NCBI GenBank assembly: GCA_050251875.1
Contig: JBFWMA010000002.1
Location: forward strand, 64,001-128,000
Length of the DNA stretch: 64,000 bases
Reading direction: 5' to 3'
From: Deferribacterales bacterium
Lineage (GTDB): Bacteria > Chrysiogenota > Deferribacteres > Deferribacterales > Geovibrionaceae
In this document: positions 20,241 to 29,452 of the stretch, piece by piece
Position numbering within the stretch: the stretch's first letter is position 1
Layout: every line of letters begins with the position of its first letter
Notes under the pieces: model-generated
The model's database searches: none
What the model saw: only the letters and a program-made list of their open reading frames with translations
What the model was told of the DNA's origin: nothing
Program-made: the position numbers and the translations under genes

Positions 20241-20333
20241 GGCGGGGTATAAAACCCCGCCCTACTATCGGCGGGTGTTTCTGTACCGAGCTAGCTGAAA
20301 AACCCCGCCCTACTATCGGCGGGTGTTTCTATA
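20241..20333 (-). repeat. Two further GTAG-REP copies (one full, one partial), inverted relative to 19791-19835
   Basis: 20241-20285 is the near-exact reverse complement of 19791-19835. aaaaccccgccctactatcggcgggtgtttct is repeated at about 20299-20330. Confidence 0.85.
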
Positions 20334-20343
20334 TTATCTGAAT

Positions 20344-20372
20344 AAAAAAAGGAGCCTTTCAGCTCCTTGTTT
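20344..20372 (-). terminator. Rho-independent terminator of the acs-like/CBS unit
   Basis: aaaaaaaggagc-ctttca-gctcctt hairpin. Confidence 0.75.
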
Positions 20373-20789
20373 TTATATCTTATGTAATAATGCCTTGAGA
20401 ATATCTCCGAGGGTAACGAGCCCCACCAGTTTTCCTTCTTTGTCAACAACAGGCAGTCTGTGGCGGAATTTTTCCAGAACCAGTGTTGCCGCTTCCTCAA
20501 CGGAGGTGTCGGGGGTGATAGTCACCGCCGGCATATGCATAACTCTTTTTATGGGTTCGGCTGTGAGCTCTCTGACATCCACCAGAGGAATATACTGGGC
20601 TTCGTTCAGGATGTCGGGCAGAGCCTTGGCAACGTCAGACTCGCTGAATGTCGCCAGAACCTTTCCGGATTTGTCCACAACGGGCAGTCCGGAAACGTTC
20701 TTTTTTCTTATTTTCAGTATGACCTCTTTGATAGTTTCGTCAGGTCCCGCAGTGATGACGTTGGCGGTCATAATATCACTAACTTTCAT
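20373..20789 (-). CDS. CBS-pair (Bateman) domain protein
   Basis: MKVSDIMT, SGLPVVD and HRLPVVDKEGKLVGLVTLGDI. Confidence 0.92.
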   Translation of the reverse strand: MKVSDIMTANVITAGPDETIKEVILKIRKKNVSGLPVVDKSGKVLATFSESDVAKALPDILNEAQYIPLVDVRELTAEPIKRVMHMPAVTITPDTSVEEAATLVLEKFRHRLPVVDKEGKLVGLVTLGDILKALLHKI

Positions 20790-20802
20790 TTTAACTCCTG
20801 TG

Positions 20803-22689
20803 TTACATCTGCATGGCTATTTCTTTCAATAAATCTCTCAAAATGACACCGTCAGGTGATTTTGGTATCGTTCGTGTAAAACGTATTTCGTTCGGAGTGG
20901 CGAGTTCGCCTATCTCTCCTATTATAACCTCTTTTATCTCTCTGATAAACTGCTCGTGATAGCTTTCGTCCTGTTTGTTTTTCAGAACGCAAAAGGCGAT
21001 GAGCTTTTCTCCCCGTTTCTCATCATTAACATTTATCAGAGCGCATTCTTTGACATTCTGATATTTTTTGACTGCTTCTTCTATCTCAACGAGACTTATA
21101 CGTTTACCGCCTATGTGGAGTACATCGTCCAGACGACCTGTCAGCACCATGTTCCGGCTGTCGTCATATTCGCCGCCGTCACCCGTGCTGAAGTAAGGGT
21201 TGCCTGTTCCGTCTTTTTTCCAATAGAGCTTTTCAAAAACGCCTGGTTGGCCGAAAATAGACCTCGCCAGAGGGGCAAAAGGTCCGTTAATCACTATTTC
21301 ACCTTGAATGTGGCTACTATCTATCACATTTTTTGTTGTTTTGTCCAGCAAAACAGCGGGCACGCCAGGAAGTCTTCTGCTCACCGTGCCGTATTCCACC
21401 GTTTCATACCCGGGAACGGAGGAGAATATCGCTCCGCCGGCTTCTGTCAGCGAATATATGTCGAAGAAGACGGCTTTGCTTGCGCACAGCTTGGTGGATG
21501 CCCATTCCAGAACCTCTTCACGCATCTTTTCCCCGCCTGTCGCCACCATGTCCAGAGCGGGCAGCTCACGGAATACTTTCTTTTTCTGGGCGGCGTTCAT
21601 AAGGGTTTTCAACAGTGATGGGGTGGTATAGAGCTTGTTCACGCTGAATTTACTGCATATGTCATAAAAGTTTTTCGCGTTGTCGATGTCTATTGTGTCT
21701 TCACAGATCAGCACCGTCTGTCCCGCCATCAGCGGACCATAGACCAGATAAGAGTGACCTGTGATCCAAGATATGTCGGCGGTACACCAGAAGGTGTCCG
21801 TGTCTTTTTTGTCAAACAGGGTGAGGTATGACATGTACGCCCACAGCATATATCCGGCGTATGAGAATGTCAGCGCCTTCGGCTCCGCCATGTTGGTGGA
21901 GGTATAAAGCATGAACATGGTGTCGTCTGCGTTCACGGGAGCCAGATGTATCTCTGAGGCATCGCAGTGTACCTCGTCCGATATCATGTCGTGATACCAG
22001 ATATCCCTGAGAGGCTTCATATGCACACGTTTTCCTGTCCTGGAGGCGACTATGCAGTATTTCGGCGAATGTTTGCATTTTGACAGGGCGGTGTCCAGCT
22101 TCTCTTTCATGTTGACGTGTTTTCCGGTGACGGATTCGTCAGAGGTGACAACGATGAACGGCTTACAGTCGTCTATCCTGTCCGCCAGAGATTCCGTGGC
22201 GTATCCGGCATGGTAAACCACATGCACGGCGCCTATGCTGGCGCAGGCTATCATCATAACAATCAGCTCGGGCATGTTCGGCATATGCAGAAGAACCCTG
22301 TCGCCCCTTTTGATGCCAAGTTTCAGGAGGGCTGAGGCGCACTTGATAACCTCGGAGTACAATGACTGATACGTCATGATGCTTTGTGTGCCGTCACTGC
22401 CGGCCCACACTATGGCGGCTTTATTTTTTGTATGAGTTTTAAGATGTTTCAGAAGAATGTTTTTGATAGGACAGAGCATGCCGGATTTGAAAAAGGTGTA
22501 TCCACCTGTCAGATCAGGTGTGATAGCCTTCGAATATTTCTCCTCCCAGATGAGAAATCTGGAGCCGAGATATTCATAAAGCTCCTCAGGATCGGTCATC
22601 GCCTCAATCCTTTTCAGCTCATATACAGACATTTCAGTTCGCTGGTAATTTTCGAAGTTAGATTTTAATCTGGTTAAATACTGACTCAT
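20803..22689 (-). CDS. Acetyl-CoA synthetase-like protein with degenerate catalytic motifs
   Basis: Acs scaffold (GDRV, FWCTADISWITGHSYLVYGPL, TGD, GRLDDV), but P-loop reads YTSTNMAEPKA and A10 reads PKSPDGVILR. Start set at MSQY. Confidence 0.8.
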   Translation of the reverse strand: MSQYLTRLKSNFENYQRTEMSVYELKRIEAMTDPEELYEYLGSRFLIWEEKYSKAITPDLTGGYTFFKSGMLCPIKNILLKHLKTHTKNKAAIVWAGSDGTQSIMTYQSLYSEVIKCASALLKLGIKRGDRVLLHMPNMPELIVMMIACASIGAVHVVYHAGYATESLADRIDDCKPFIVVTSDESVTGKHVNMKEKLDTALSKCKHSPKYCIVASRTGKRVHMKPLRDIWYHDMISDEVHCDASEIHLAPVNADDTMFMLYTSTNMAEPKALTFSYAGYMLWAYMSYLTLFDKKDTDTFWCTADISWITGHSYLVYGPLMAGQTVLICEDTIDIDNAKNFYDICSKFSVNKLYTTPSLLKTLMNAAQKKKVFRELPALDMVATGGEKMREEVLEWASTKLCASKAVFFDIYSLTEAGGAIFSSVPGYETVEYGTVSRRLPGVPAVLLDKTTKNVIDSSHIQGEIVINGPFAPLARSIFGQPGVFEKLYWKKDGTGNPYFSTGDGGEYDDSRNMVLTGRLDDVLHIGGKRISLVEIEEAVKKYQNVKECALINVNDEKRGEKLIAFCVLKNKQDESYHEQFIREIKEVIIGEIGELATPNEIRFTRTIPKSPDGVILRDLLKEIAMQM

Positions 22690-22887
22690 AGATGTACCCC
22701 GTGTGTATCTGACATAATAATATAACATTATTTCGTAATAAGTCTATAAAAGTAGCGTGCGGATTTAATTTTGCGGATATGTTGGGGGTATAAATGGTGA
22801 TTTGTGAGTGATATCGCTATATACAGAAAAAAGCTGAACGAAACAATATTATAAAAAAGGCAGGTCAATGACCTGCCTTAATATTAT

Positions 22888-23370
22888 TTATTTATCGAAG
22901 TAGAGGGTTATGATTCCCTCGATGGGAGCGGCATAATCGAATCCGGCTGAGGATTCGGGAACCAGAAAGTTGTCTTCCTGAACAGGGGTGAATCTGTATG
23001 ACAGTCTGACGGAAGGTATTTCGCCTTTCGGCAGGTTAAGAGTCATCTGCTTAGACGCTCTGTGTTTCAGATTTCCCAGATTTTTATAGTTATAAGATCC
23101 TTCGCCTTTTACAACCAGCTGACAGCACTCGTCATAGTTTATGCTGATGTTTTTCATGAAGATGTTTCCGGTGTTCTTCACGGTCATCATCAGAACCTGT
23201 CCTTCGGGCGCTTCTTTCAGACTGTAGTAGATGGTGAGATATTCGTCTCCGGCGGAGTGGGCATATGTTTCAGAGAGCTTAGCCGCAGGTCTGTACTGCA
23301 TAGCCACATCCATACATCCTGTGAGGATGAGTGAAAACACCGCAAGCATGCCAATAATGATTTTTTTCAT
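22888..23370 (-). CDS. Hypothetical lipoprotein
   Basis: Signal peptide with lipobox LTGC; AGGAG RBS. Confidence 0.75.
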   Translation of the reverse strand: MKKIIIGMLAVFSLILTGCMDVAMQYRPAAKLSETYAHSAGDEYLTIYYSLKEAPEGQVLMMTVKNTGNIFMKNISINYDECCQLVVKGEGSYNYKNLGNLKHRASKQMTLNLPKGEIPSVRLSYRFTPVQEDNFLVPESSAGFDYAAPIEGIITLYFDK

Positions 23371-23388
23371 AATAAGACTCCTTGATGT

Positions 23389-23802
23389 TTAACCGGGTCT
23401 GTTTATATAGTCTTCGTGGGGGTCACGTTCATCGTCTTCCTTGTCCACAGGTTTCGGAGACGGAGTGGGCAGAGACTGCATGGGTTCATTGGGCGCCGGC
23501 TGGGCGACAATCACAGAATCGGGTTCTTTCTGTGTTTCGGGTTCTTTTTCCAGCAGATCGGCTTCTTTGGCGTCTATTTTTTTGTCTATATCGAGGATAT
23601 ATGAATAGTCCGGCTCGAAATCATCCGCCTTCAGCTCGCCTGTTCTGATTTTTTCCAGAACTTTATTGCCTATCAGCTTGACCCTTTCGTCACGCTTCTT
23701 CTTCAGATTGGCAATATCAATCCTGATGCTGCCTGTTCTGGCGAGTTTCTGAATCTCGTCTATACCTTTTTCAAAAGTATCCTTAATCCAGTTCGTAGAC
23801 AT
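23389..23802 (-). CDS. Hypothetical coiled-coil protein with Pro-rich tail
   Basis: ORF is tightly packed in the hemE-hemH-ubiA-ubiX run. Confidence 0.65.
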   Translation of the reverse strand: MSTNWIKDTFEKGIDEIQKLARTGSIRIDIANLKKKRDERVKLIGNKVLEKIRTGELKADDFEPDYSYILDIDKKIDAKEADLLEKEPETQKEPDSVIVAQPAPNEPMQSLPTPSPKPVDKEDDERDPHEDYINRPG

Positions 23803-23803
23803 T

Positions 23804-24385
23804 CTATCCCCCTGAGCCCCATTTTTTATATAATCTATGCTCTATATCCATTATATCAAATATTTTTCCTGTTATGAAAGATATTAATTCACTTATATTG
23901 TCAGGGCAATGATAAAATCCGGGGGCAGCGGGCATAATTACCGCTCCGGCTCTGGTGAGAGCCGCCATATTTTCCAGATGTATCAGGTTCAGAGGTGTTT
24001 CACGGAAGAGTATAATCAGCTTCCGGCGCTCCTTCATGGCTACATCGGCGCATCTCTCTATCAGGTTGCTGCTGACACCGGACGCCGTTCTGCCCACGAA
24101 GCCCATGGACGCAGGAGCGATGATGTATCCGTCCACCCTGTATGAACCGCTGGACACGGGGGCGGCAAAGTCTTTGTGATCGTATATCACAGACTTAGCG
24201 CCTATATCATCAATAAAGTCATTAGCGGTTTTATAGTCTTTTTTCAGCTCCAGATTTATGTTTGTCATTCCGTCCGGCGTCACACAGAGATGCGTTTCGC
24301 ACCCGTGGCGGGGGAGCTGTTCCAGCATATCTTTTGCGTATACCGCTCCGCTGGCTCCTGTCACGCCCAGAAAAATCTTTTTCAT
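23804..24385 (-). CDS. ubiX: Flavin prenyltransferase UbiX (MqnL-like)
   Basis: GVTGASG, SSGS, APASM, RETPL and PAAPGFY motifs. Confidence 0.95.
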   Translation of the reverse strand: MKKIFLGVTGASGAVYAKDMLEQLPRHGCETHLCVTPDGMTNINLELKKDYKTANDFIDDIGAKSVIYDHKDFAAPVSSGSYRVDGYIIAPASMGFVGRTASGVSSNLIERCADVAMKERRKLIILFRETPLNLIHLENMAALTRAGAVIMPAAPGFYHCPDNISELISFITGKIFDIMDIEHRLYKKWGSGG

Positions 24386-24386
24386 A

Positions 24387-25241
24387 TCATTTCCTTATCA
24401 TCACGTCTATGAACGTGAAAACGCATATGGTAAGGCTAATATACGCATTGAGGTTGAAGAATGCCATGCCCAGACGTGAGAGGTCGGAGGGTTTTATGAT
24501 GGCATGCTGATAGACCATGAATCCGCCGGACAGGAGTATTCCCGCCAGATAGACGTATCCGGCGCCCATTCCGTACCATGTGTAGATGAAAAGCACGAAG
24601 GCGACAGCGTGAAAAACTCTGGCAAGGGTCAGTGAACCGGAGAGCCCCAGAAAGCGGGGGATGGAAAACAGCCCCTCGTTCTTGTCAAACTCGATGTCCT
24701 GACAGGCGTACACAATGTCGAAACCGGAGACCCAGAAGAGTATGGCAAGCCCCATGATGCTGACGGGCAGGGTTATCGTTCCTGTGACTGCCGCCCAGGC
24801 TCCTATGGGTGCGATGCCCAGAGCCACCCCGAGCACTATGTGGCACAGAAAGGTGAATCTCTTTGTATATGAATAGAGTATGAAGACAAGGAAGGGTACG
24901 GGGGACAGATAGAAACAGAGCGGGTTCAGCATATAAGCCGAGAAGAAATAGAGAGCGAACGACAGAGTGACGTAGAGCGATGCCTCCGCCACGGAAATTT
25001 TTCCGGCGGGGATATCACGTTTCTCTGTTCTGGGATTTCTGGCATCTATCTTAGCGTCCGCTATGCGGTTAAAGCCCATCGCGCCGCTTCTGGCGCCCAG
25101 AACGGCAAGGGCTATCCAAGCTATAGTCTTTATATCCGGCAGACCGCCAGCCGCCAGAAACATGCCTGTGAAGGCGAAGGGCAGGGCGAATAGGGTATGC
25201 TCGACTTTTATCATGCTTAAGAATGTTTTGAGCTTTTCCAA
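24387..25241 (-). CDS. UbiA-like polyprenyltransferase (MqnP-type, futalosine menaquinone pathway)
   Basis: EHTLFALPFA, FNRIADAKIDARNPRT, YSYTKRF and GFDIVYACQD; TTG start. Confidence 0.9.
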   Translation of the reverse strand: MEKLKTFLSMIKVEHTLFALPFAFTGMFLAAGGLPDIKTIAWIALAVLGARSGAMGFNRIADAKIDARNPRTEKRDIPAGKISVAEASLYVTLSFALYFFSAYMLNPLCFYLSPVPFLVFILYSYTKRFTFLCHIVLGVALGIAPIGAWAAVTGTITLPVSIMGLAILFWVSGFDIVYACQDIEFDKNEGLFSIPRFLGLSGSLTLARVFHAVAFVLFIYTWYGMGAGYVYLAGILLSGGFMVYQHAIIKPSDLSRLGMAFFNLNAYISLTICVFTFIDVMIRK

Positions 25242-25294
25242 AATAATGCTCCGTGAAAATGATCGTTAATACTAAAACAAAACGGAGGAGTTTT

Positions 25295-26242
25295 TCAAGA
25301 TAAGATTATGTCCAGAATGCTGTCGGCGAAATCATCGGAATCGTTAAGGCTTTCCGTCCTTACTATGTTCAGTCCCTTAGCCCTGACGAGAGGGATGTAC
25401 TGTTCGTCCAGCTCGATGAGCGTCTCTATGTGGTCGGAAACAAAAGATATCGGCACTACTATTATATTGTCGGTTTTTTCATCAGCCAGCCTGGCAAGCT
25501 CTCTGTCGGTGTACGGTCCGACCCATTTCACAGGACCTGTGCGGCTCTGATATGACAGCCCCCATGACAGCGGGCTGACAGCGTTTACCAGATACTGCAC
25601 CTGTTCGTTTATCTGATAGGTATAGGCATCGCCTTTTTTCACTGTGTATTCAGGCAGTGAGTGGGCGGAGAACTGAATATGACATTCGGATATCTCTTTG
25701 CCCAGCTTTGAGGCGGCGTCTCTGATGCGCTTTATCAGACACTCGTTGTAGCTTTTGTTCAGGTGCCAGCTCTCTATCTTTTTTATGTCTCCGCTCAGCC
25801 TCTGGGCTTTGTCGAACCTGTCGAAACACACGCCTGTGGTGGTGTATGAATACTGCGGATACATGGTGGTTACATAGATGCTGTCATACGGGATATTTTT
25901 CAGGATTTTCAGGCTCTGTTCTATGTACGGATGGTAATAGCACATGCCGACGGCAGTCGCCAGACTGTTTCCGGTGCGCTCCTGATACATGGGGCGTATT
26001 CTGTCCAGCAGAGATACCAGATAGGGGTGCTGGGGCGAACGTCCCCCCAGCTTCATATATTCCGGGGCGACTTTTACCGCCCGTTTTTTGGCTATTTTTT
26101 TCGCAAGAATATTTTGCAGAAAACCGCCTATGTGAAAATCGATAATGGTACGGTCGGAGAAGAGGTTGCGGAGGAATTCCTCGATCCCTTCTATGCTGTC
26201 CGGACCGCCCATGTACATCACATAGAGCAGATCTTTTTTCAT
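25295..26242 (-). CDS. hemH: Ferrochelatase
   Basis: MGGP, GGRSP, YPQYS, SAHSLP and DHIETLIELD motifs. Confidence 0.93.
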   Translation of the reverse strand: MKKDLLYVMYMGGPDSIEGIEEFLRNLFSDRTIIDFHIGGFLQNILAKKIAKKRAVKVAPEYMKLGGRSPQHPYLVSLLDRIRPMYQERTGNSLATAVGMCYYHPYIEQSLKILKNIPYDSIYVTTMYPQYSYTTTGVCFDRFDKAQRLSGDIKKIESWHLNKSYNECLIKRIRDAASKLGKEISECHIQFSAHSLPEYTVKKGDAYTYQINEQVQYLVNAVSPLSWGLSYQSRTGPVKWVGPYTDRELARLADEKTDNIIVVPISFVSDHIETLIELDEQYIPLVRAKGLNIVRTESLNDSDDFADSILDIILS

Positions 26243-27252
26243 GCCAGACCTTTTACCACTTTTACCAGATAGTCCACATTCTCAACCGGTGTGGTTGGCA
26301 GGATGCCGTGACCCAGATTGAATATGTGTCCTTTCAGAGTTCTTCCCTCAGCCAGAATTTTTTCCGCCTGCTCTTTTATGGCTTCTTTAGAACCGAAGAG
26401 CAGAACCGGGTCAAAATTTCCCTGAAGAACGAATTTTCCTTTGCCCAGCTTAGCGTCAGCGTCCACCAGCTTTGTTTTCCAGTCAACGCCCATTCCGGCG
26501 CATTTCAGCTTTCCTATGGTGTCGTAAAAGCTGTAGCTGTCTTTGGCGAAATATATCAGCGGGGCGCCTTTCAGGCTGTTCGCTATTTCATCCACATAAG
26601 GGAATACGAATTTTTCGTAGTCATAGGGAGACAGGATGCCTGCCCATGTGTCGAACATCTGGGCGACATGGGCGCCTGCGTCTATCTGCGCCTGAAGATA
26701 TTTTATGGTTGATGCTGTCAGTTTTTCCATCAGCACGGCATATGCCTTGGGCTCTGTGTGCATCATTATTTTGATATGCTCGAAGTTTTTGGAGCCTTTA
26801 CCCTCCACCATGTAACAGGCGAGGGTGAAAGGAGCGCCCGAAAAGCCTATGAGAGGCACGTCCAGCGCCTTCACCAGCATCTTCACAGTCTCCATCACGA
26901 ACGGAACGTCTTTATACGGATCAATGACCCTCAGTTTATCCGCCTCCGCAAGGGTTCTGACGGGGTTCGCTATCACGGGAGCGGGGTTGAAATCCAGATT
27001 GATGCCCATGGGTTCCACAGGAATCAGGATGTCTGAAAAGAGTATGGCGTTGTCAAAACCAAACGCCCTGATGGGCTGAAGCGTAACTTCGGTGCACAGT
27101 TCCGGTGATTTGCAAAGCTCCAGAAAGGTCACTTTGCTGCGCACTTCCCTATATTCCTTCATATATCTTCCCGCCTGGCGCATGAACCACACGGGCGGTC
27201 TGTCGGTCTTTTCACCGTTTAAAGTTCTTAAGAGCAGGTCGTTGAAAGCCAT
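26239..27252 (-). CDS. hemE: Uroporphyrinogen decarboxylase
   Basis: PVWFMRQAGRY, FSDIL and FNLGHG motifs. Start set at MAFND. Confidence 0.97.
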   Translation of the reverse strand: MAFNDLLLRTLNGEKTDRPPVWFMRQAGRYMKEYREVRSKVTFLELCKSPELCTEVTLQPIRAFGFDNAILFSDILIPVEPMGINLDFNPAPVIANPVRTLAEADKLRVIDPYKDVPFVMETVKMLVKALDVPLIGFSGAPFTLACYMVEGKGSKNFEHIKIMMHTEPKAYAVLMEKLTASTIKYLQAQIDAGAHVAQMFDTWAGILSPYDYEKFVFPYVDEIANSLKGAPLIYFAKDSYSFYDTIGKLKCAGMGVDWKTKLVDADAKLGKGKFVLQGNFDPVLLFGSKEAIKEQAEKILAEGRTLKGHIFNLGHGILPTTPVENVDYLVKVVKGLA

Positions 27253-27429
27253 ATGTTTCTCCGTCTTGTTTAATGATATATAGAAGCAAAAAAAAGTGTT
27301 GTCTGTCAAGCCGTTTTACAAAATTAACCATGTTATGAAATTATTCCCTATTAAAAAGGTATGTTATTCTTGCGCATTGCTCTTCGGTTTGATATTATCT
27401 GATTTCCAAAAAAATCTCATCAGAGGTAT

Positions 27430-29055
27430 ATGATGGCAAAATATAAAGTTCTCATCACTGACCACATATCTCAGGACGGAGTCGATATACTCGAAAAGGA
27501 CCCCGATATTGAGGTGGATATACAGGCCGGGATAAAAAACGCTGACCTGAAAAAAATCATCGGAAACTATGACGCTATAATAACCAGAAGCGGAACCACC
27601 GTGGACGCCGATCTGCTGGAAAACCCCGGAAAACTGAAAATAATCGGACGCGCTGGAGTGGGTCTGGATAACGTAGATATAGAAACAGCCAGTATGAAAG
27701 GGCTGATCGTGATGAACGCTCCCACCGGAAACACGCTGGCCGCCTGCGAGCTGACCATGGGCATGATGCTCTCTGTCGTGCGCAAGATTCCTGCCGCCAA
27801 CCAGTCTGTGAAATCCGGCGAATGGGACAGAAAAAAATTCATGGGTCTCCAGCTTTATAAAAAGACTCTGGCAGTCGTGGGTCTCGGACGCATCGGAAGC
27901 AACGTAGCCAAAAGATGCAAAGCCTTCGAGATGCGTGTGGTTGCCTTCGACCCCTATATCAAAAAATCAAAAGCCGAGGCGCTGGGCGTGGAGCTCTGCG
28001 ACACAATGGACGAAGCGATTTCTCAGGCTGATGTAATCACATTCCACACACCTCTGACTGACGAAACAAAGAACATGATAACTTCCAAAGAGATAGCAAA
28101 GATGAAAGACGGTGTCGTCATCATCAACTGCGCCAGAGGCGGGATAGTGAACGAGCTGGATCTGGTGGAAGCCTGCAAATCAGGCAAGGTGACAGCGGCA
28201 GGGCTCGATGTTTATGTGGCTGAGCCTCCCGTGAACCACCCCTTCTTCGATGTTCCCAACATATATCTGACTCCCCACATCGGCGCCAACACCCACGAGG
28301 GACAGTACGGCGTGGCGGTGATTATCGCCGAGCAGGTGAAAAACGCCCTGCACGGACGCTCATACAGAAACGCAGTGAACATTCCCTTCATGAAGTCTCA
28401 GCTTCCCGAAGAGATGCAGAAATATTTCGAGCTGATGGAGAGCATGGGACACCTCGCCGCTCAGGTGGTGAAGGGCAGACCCGAGACCATCGAGTTCACC
28501 ATGGTGGGACACAAGTTCGATGAGGACTTCGGCGAGAGAACCTTTGACACTCCCTTTAACTTCCAGCCTTTCTCCATTGCCGGTCTGAAAGGATTTATGG
28601 AAGTGGCTGTGAAAGAGAACGTTTCTTTCATCAATGCCCCCTATGTGGCTAAAGAGCGCAGCATAGACATCGTGGAAACAAAACAGGCTTCATTCGGAAA
28701 ATTCAACGACCTTGTAACCATCAAGGTAAAAACCGATAAAGAGGAAAAACTCCTCGGCGGAACAGTCTTCGGTGACGGAGTCGGACGTATTCTGGTTTAT
28801 GATAAATACTATCTCGACCTCATCGGCGAGGGAACATTCCTCTACTTCCAGAACATGGACAGACCCGGCATGATCGGAAAACTGGGTACGGTTCTGGGCA
28901 ACAACGGCATCAACATCGCCGATTTCGAGCTTTCCAGAGCGGAAGAGGGAACAGCCATCGGATTCGTCCGTGTGGACAGCAAGATTCCTCCCCACGTTCT
29001 CAGCGAGATTCTTGCCATTGACGGCATGAAAGAGGCAAAAACAGTTTCTCTGTAA
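27430..29055 (+). CDS. serA: D-3-phosphoglycerate dehydrogenase (long form with ACT domain)
   Basis: GRAGVGLDNVD, GLGRIG, NCARGG, TPHIGANT and C-terminal DRPGMIG ACT domain. Confidence 0.96.
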   Translation: MMAKYKVLITDHISQDGVDILEKDPDIEVDIQAGIKNADLKKIIGNYDAIITRSGTTVDADLLENPGKLKIIGRAGVGLDNVDIETASMKGLIVMNAPTGNTLAACELTMGMMLSVVRKIPAANQSVKSGEWDRKKFMGLQLYKKTLAVVGLGRIGSNVAKRCKAFEMRVVAFDPYIKKSKAEALGVELCDTMDEAISQADVITFHTPLTDETKNMITSKEIAKMKDGVVIINCARGGIVNELDLVEACKSGKVTAAGLDVYVAEPPVNHPFFDVPNIYLTPHIGANTHEGQYGVAVIIAEQVKNALHGRSYRNAVNIPFMKSQLPEEMQKYFELMESMGHLAAQVVKGRPETIEFTMVGHKFDEDFGERTFDTPFNFQPFSIAGLKGFMEVAVKENVSFINAPYVAKERSIDIVETKQASFGKFNDLVTIKVKTDKEEKLLGGTVFGDGVGRILVYDKYYLDLIGEGTFLYFQNMDRPGMIGKLGTVLGNNGINIADFELSRAEEGTAIGFVRVDSKIPPHVLSEILAIDGMKEAKTVSL

Positions 29056-29056
29056 T

Positions 29057-29452
29057 ATGGATACCATCAGTATAAAGACTTCAGCCCGCTGTCAGTTTGT
29101 GGACATATCAGCCGATATCGTCCGCAGGCTGACGGCCAACGGCTGGCAGGACGGAATACTTCTCGTATATACCCCGCACACCACATCAGCCATCACCATC
29201 AACGAAAACGCCGACCCGGACGTTCAGACGGACATGAACTCTTTTCTGTCTAAGCTGATTCCCGCCATGAAAGAATTCCGGCACTCAGAAGGCAATTCCG
29301 ACAGCCATATAAAATCTTCGCTCGTGGGAGCGTCAGAGATGATTATAGTGGAAAACGGCAGACCGATACTGGGTACATGGCAGGGGATATATTTCTGTGA
29401 GTTTGACGGACCCCGAAGCAGAAAGGTTTTTCTGAAGTTTATCCCGTCATGA
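29057..29452 (+). CDS. yjbQ: YjbQ / UPF0047 family protein
   Basis: HTTSAITINENADPDV, HSEGNSDSHIK and GTWQGIYFCEFDGPR. Confidence 0.93.
   Translation: MDTISIKTSARCQFVDISADIVRRLTANGWQDGILLVYTPHTTSAITINENADPDVQTDMNSFLSKLIPAMKEFRHSEGNSDSHIKSSLVGASEMIIVENGRPILGTWQGIYFCEFDGPRSRKVFLKFIPS

Noticed and set aside
19929..20341. ORFs 19929..20126 and 20072..20341 with identical N-termini
   Set aside because: They are translations of the repeat unit from TTG codons with no RBS or protein-like features.
20803..22689. acs-like gene as a pseudogene
   Set aside because: The frame is full-length with no stops or frameshifts and the changes concentrate in catalytic motifs; treated as a candidate pseudoenzyme instead.
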